A DNA stretch of 31,172 nucleotides, from the NCBI GenBank assembly GCA_009885665.1, contig VFKI01000155.1, positions 1 through 31,172 on the forward strand. The letters are read 5' to 3'. This stretch comes from Gammaproteobacteria bacterium. Its GTDB lineage: Bacteria; Pseudomonadota; Gammaproteobacteria; DSM-16500. The position numbers and the translations under genes were made by a program. Shown in pieces: positions 29,411 through 31,172 of the stretch. Within the stretch, counting starts at the first letter, position 1. Every line of letters starts with the position of its first letter. The notes beneath the pieces are model-generated. The model did not search any database. It had not been told where the DNA came from and saw nothing but the letters and a program-made list of their open reading frames with translations.

Positions 29411-29579
29411 ACATGCGCTCCTTGATACATTATGTTAATTACGATCATATTACATGGGATGTGAGATAAGGGCTATAGTTGAAGTTAATTTATGCACGTT
29501 CCTAATGATATCAAACGCAACAGCATCAATTACCCCTCCCCGCACAGACAAACGCATATTAAAATAAAAAATACTTTAT

Positions 29580-29592
29580 AATCAATAGGTTA
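29580..29592 (+). promoter_or_regulatory. IHF consensus site upstream of degP
   Basis: AATCAATAGGTTA matches WATCAANNNNTTR, preceded by an A-tract. Confidence 0.45.
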
Positions 29593-29634
29593 CAAAAAAT
29601 AAACTTAGAAAGTCTTCGTCAGTTTGCTGATTTT

Positions 29635-30369
29635 TCAGCTGCGCCAAATCAAACTGACCATACGTCCTGACTGCTGACCCTCTCGTCGATAGGAATAAAA
29701 TCGATTGATATCCGTGTACGTACAATATTGGCCGCCATAAATCTCCGTCACGCCGGCGGCGTATAAATCAAGGCGCGCCAGTTGATAGAGATTTGCGAGC
29801 CAATGATTGGGTCGAGCCGCAGGTTGAAAAGCCGTAGTAGCAGCACAATTGCGCATGATAAACCGTTCGCGCACTTCATCGCCCACTTCAAATTTTGCGG
29901 GACCAATGGCAGGTCCCAACCAAACCATTATTTCTTTTGCTGCCGCAGGCAATACCGCGAGTGTTTCATGAATAATGCCATCGGCCAATCCGCGCCAACC
30001 GGCATGAATCGCCGCGACTGCACCGCCATCGCGGCGACACATGAATATTGGCAGGCAATCGGCCGTCATAATGGCGCAAACAATATTAGCGTGCGTAGTA
30101 AAACTTGCATCGGCTTGTCTATCTGTTCCCGCCATCACCACACGCGTACCATGGGTTTGATTAAGCCAACACGGTTCACTGGGTAATTGTAATGTTTGGC
30201 GTAGCAATTCACGATTGGCGGCGACATGATGTGCATTATCACCGACATGTTCGCCCATATTGAAACTATCATAGGGCGGCAAACTCACACCGCCATGACG
30301 CAATGAAGTATAAGCATGAATGTTATGCGGCGCCGGCCAAGTGGGCGTCAAAAAATCAGGTTTCGTCAT
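29635..30369 (-). CDS. pgeF: Peptidoglycan editing factor PgeF (YfiH, laccase-like)
   Basis: FLTPTWPAP, LNQTHG, TADCLP, IHAGWRG, LGPAIG, CT..FYSYRR. Start set at ATG 30369, just downstream of the glycosyltransferase stop. Confidence 0.92.
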   Translation of the reverse strand: MTKPDFLTPTWPAPHNIHAYTSLRHGGVSLPPYDSFNMGEHVGDNAHHVAANRELLRQTLQLPSEPCWLNQTHGTRVVMAGTDRQADASFTTHANIVCAIMTADCLPIFMCRRDGGAVAAIHAGWRGLADGIIHETLAVLPAAAKEIMVWLGPAIGPAKFEVGDEVRERFIMRNCAATTAFQPAARPNHWLANLYQLARLDLYAAGVTEIYGGQYCTYTDINRFYSYRREGQQSGRMVSLIWRS

Positions 30370-30376
30370 TTTCTTT

Positions 30377-31072
30377 TCACGGATGATAACGGTATAACTG
30401 CACAACATGGCGTAAATAATTCCACTGTTCGCGCAAATTCATTTTAGATTGACCCGCATCACGTGCGACAAAATGGTAAGGAACTTCATCGATACGCTTA
30501 GCTTTTCCCTTGACAATAATTTCCATTAAAATTTTCCAACTGAGTGGATCTAAGTTGACACCTTCGATTACGCTACGCCGTAAGCCAAAATAACCGCCGG
30601 TACAATCTGACAGGGTGCGAAATTTTTTAATGAATATGCGACCAATACAGCGCGCCACCCATGAGACTAATTTACGAAATATATTTAAACCGCCATCCGA
30701 ACCACCCGCCATAAATCGGCTGGGAATAACAAGATCAGCGTCTTGCTGCAAGTGTGTGATCATCTGCGGCAATAATTCTGGCGGATGTTGCAAGTCCGCA
30801 TCCATGACAATCACATATTCTCCGGTGGATTGCTGAAAACCGGTGACAACGGCTGAACCCAAGCCACGCGTAGTGGTGCGATGGATAAAATGAATATTGT
30901 TATGCGCGGCGGCAAGTTCTGCCAACAAAGTAGGCGTGTTGTCGGTGCTGTCATCTATAAACCAAATGTCATAGGTAAGCGTCATTGGCTGCAATACGGA
31001 TTGTATGCGCGTGGCCAGCGTTACCACATTTTTGCCTTCATTAAAGCTCGGTATGATAATGCTGATATTCAT
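30377..31072 (-). CDS. GT2 glycosyltransferase, polyprenol-phosphate mannose synthase (DPM1)-like
   Basis: IIIPSFNEG, IDDSTD, RGLGSAV, VMDADLQHPP, SDCTGGYF, EVPYHFVARDAGQSKM. Confidence 0.88.
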   Translation of the reverse strand: MNISIIIPSFNEGKNVVTLATRIQSVLQPMTLTYDIWFIDDSTDNTPTLLAELAAAHNNIHFIHRTTTRGLGSAVVTGFQQSTGEYVIVMDADLQHPPELLPQMITHLQQDADLVIPSRFMAGGSDGGLNIFRKLVSWVARCIGRIFIKKFRTLSDCTGGYFGLRRSVIEGVNLDPLSWKILMEIIVKGKAKRIDEVPYHFVARDAGQSKMNLREQWNYLRHVVQLYRYHP

Positions 31073-31108
31073 TCTTAATCCTGTAAAAAAGCATTTGTAT
31101 CGAGCGAT

Positions 31109-31172
31109 GTATCATTACAAAAGATAGGGTAGAGGAACTGAGTGCGCGGCAAACTGCATTGGCAAGCGTCAG
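31109..31172 (+). mobile_element. Family A element, left part, truncated by window end
   Basis: Matches 23366-23430 with one deletion and three substitutions. Confidence 0.9.

Noticed and set aside
29413-29440. Second dif-like sequence upstream of degP (ATGCGCTCCTT-GATACA-TTATGTTAATT)
   Set aside because: Lacks the inner ATAA of the XerC arm. The bases are explained on the minus strand by a CATAAT -10-like box and the AAGGAG ribosome-binding site.
29451-29500. Sigma32 or sigmaE promoter for degP
   Set aside because: CTTCAA...TCCCATGT has a 19-nt spacer and GGAACGT...TCAAC a 13-nt spacer; neither fits the consensus spacing.
10627-29541. KOPS (GGGNAGGG) polarity as support for a terminus
   Set aside because: Three hits fit (10627+, 11404+, 29534-) and one does not (24721+); too few, one lies inside a repeat, and my scan was not exhaustive.

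Overview
Core-chromosome segment of a gammaproteobacterium. Gene content and order suggest Legionellales/Coxiellaceae-like; this is inference, no marker gene is present. Genes in order: DoxX-family membrane protein, single-domain response regulator plus histidine kinase, smc-zipA-ligA-yciB-bolA, an AT-rich orphan, prmB, hpt, a membrane-anchored sulfatase-fold protein, a beta-oxidation cluster (fadE-fadI-fadJ, thioredoxin-like gene, fadL), a small secreted Cys-rich orphan, an RND pump pair, degP/degQ, pgeF and a DPM1-like glycosyltransferase. No rRNA, tRNA, CRISPR array or transposase was found. The most unusual signal is non-coding: a dispersed ~140-bp MITE-like palindromic element (GTATCT...AGATAC termini, imperfect 24-bp terminal inverted repeats, 8-bp target-site duplication, central GC hairpin) occurs five times, as two full copies, one truncated by the window edge, one 50-bp internally deleted copy and one chimeric copy. 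A related element appears to have rewritten the C-terminus of the sulfatase-fold gene, and a second repeat family shares a terminus with the chimera. Also seen: an inverted DnaA-box pair upstream of fadE, a perfect FNR-type palindrome that doubles as two IHF consensus sites, a dif-like 28-mer where gene orientation switches, and two short tandem duplications. All alignments were done by eye, without tools.
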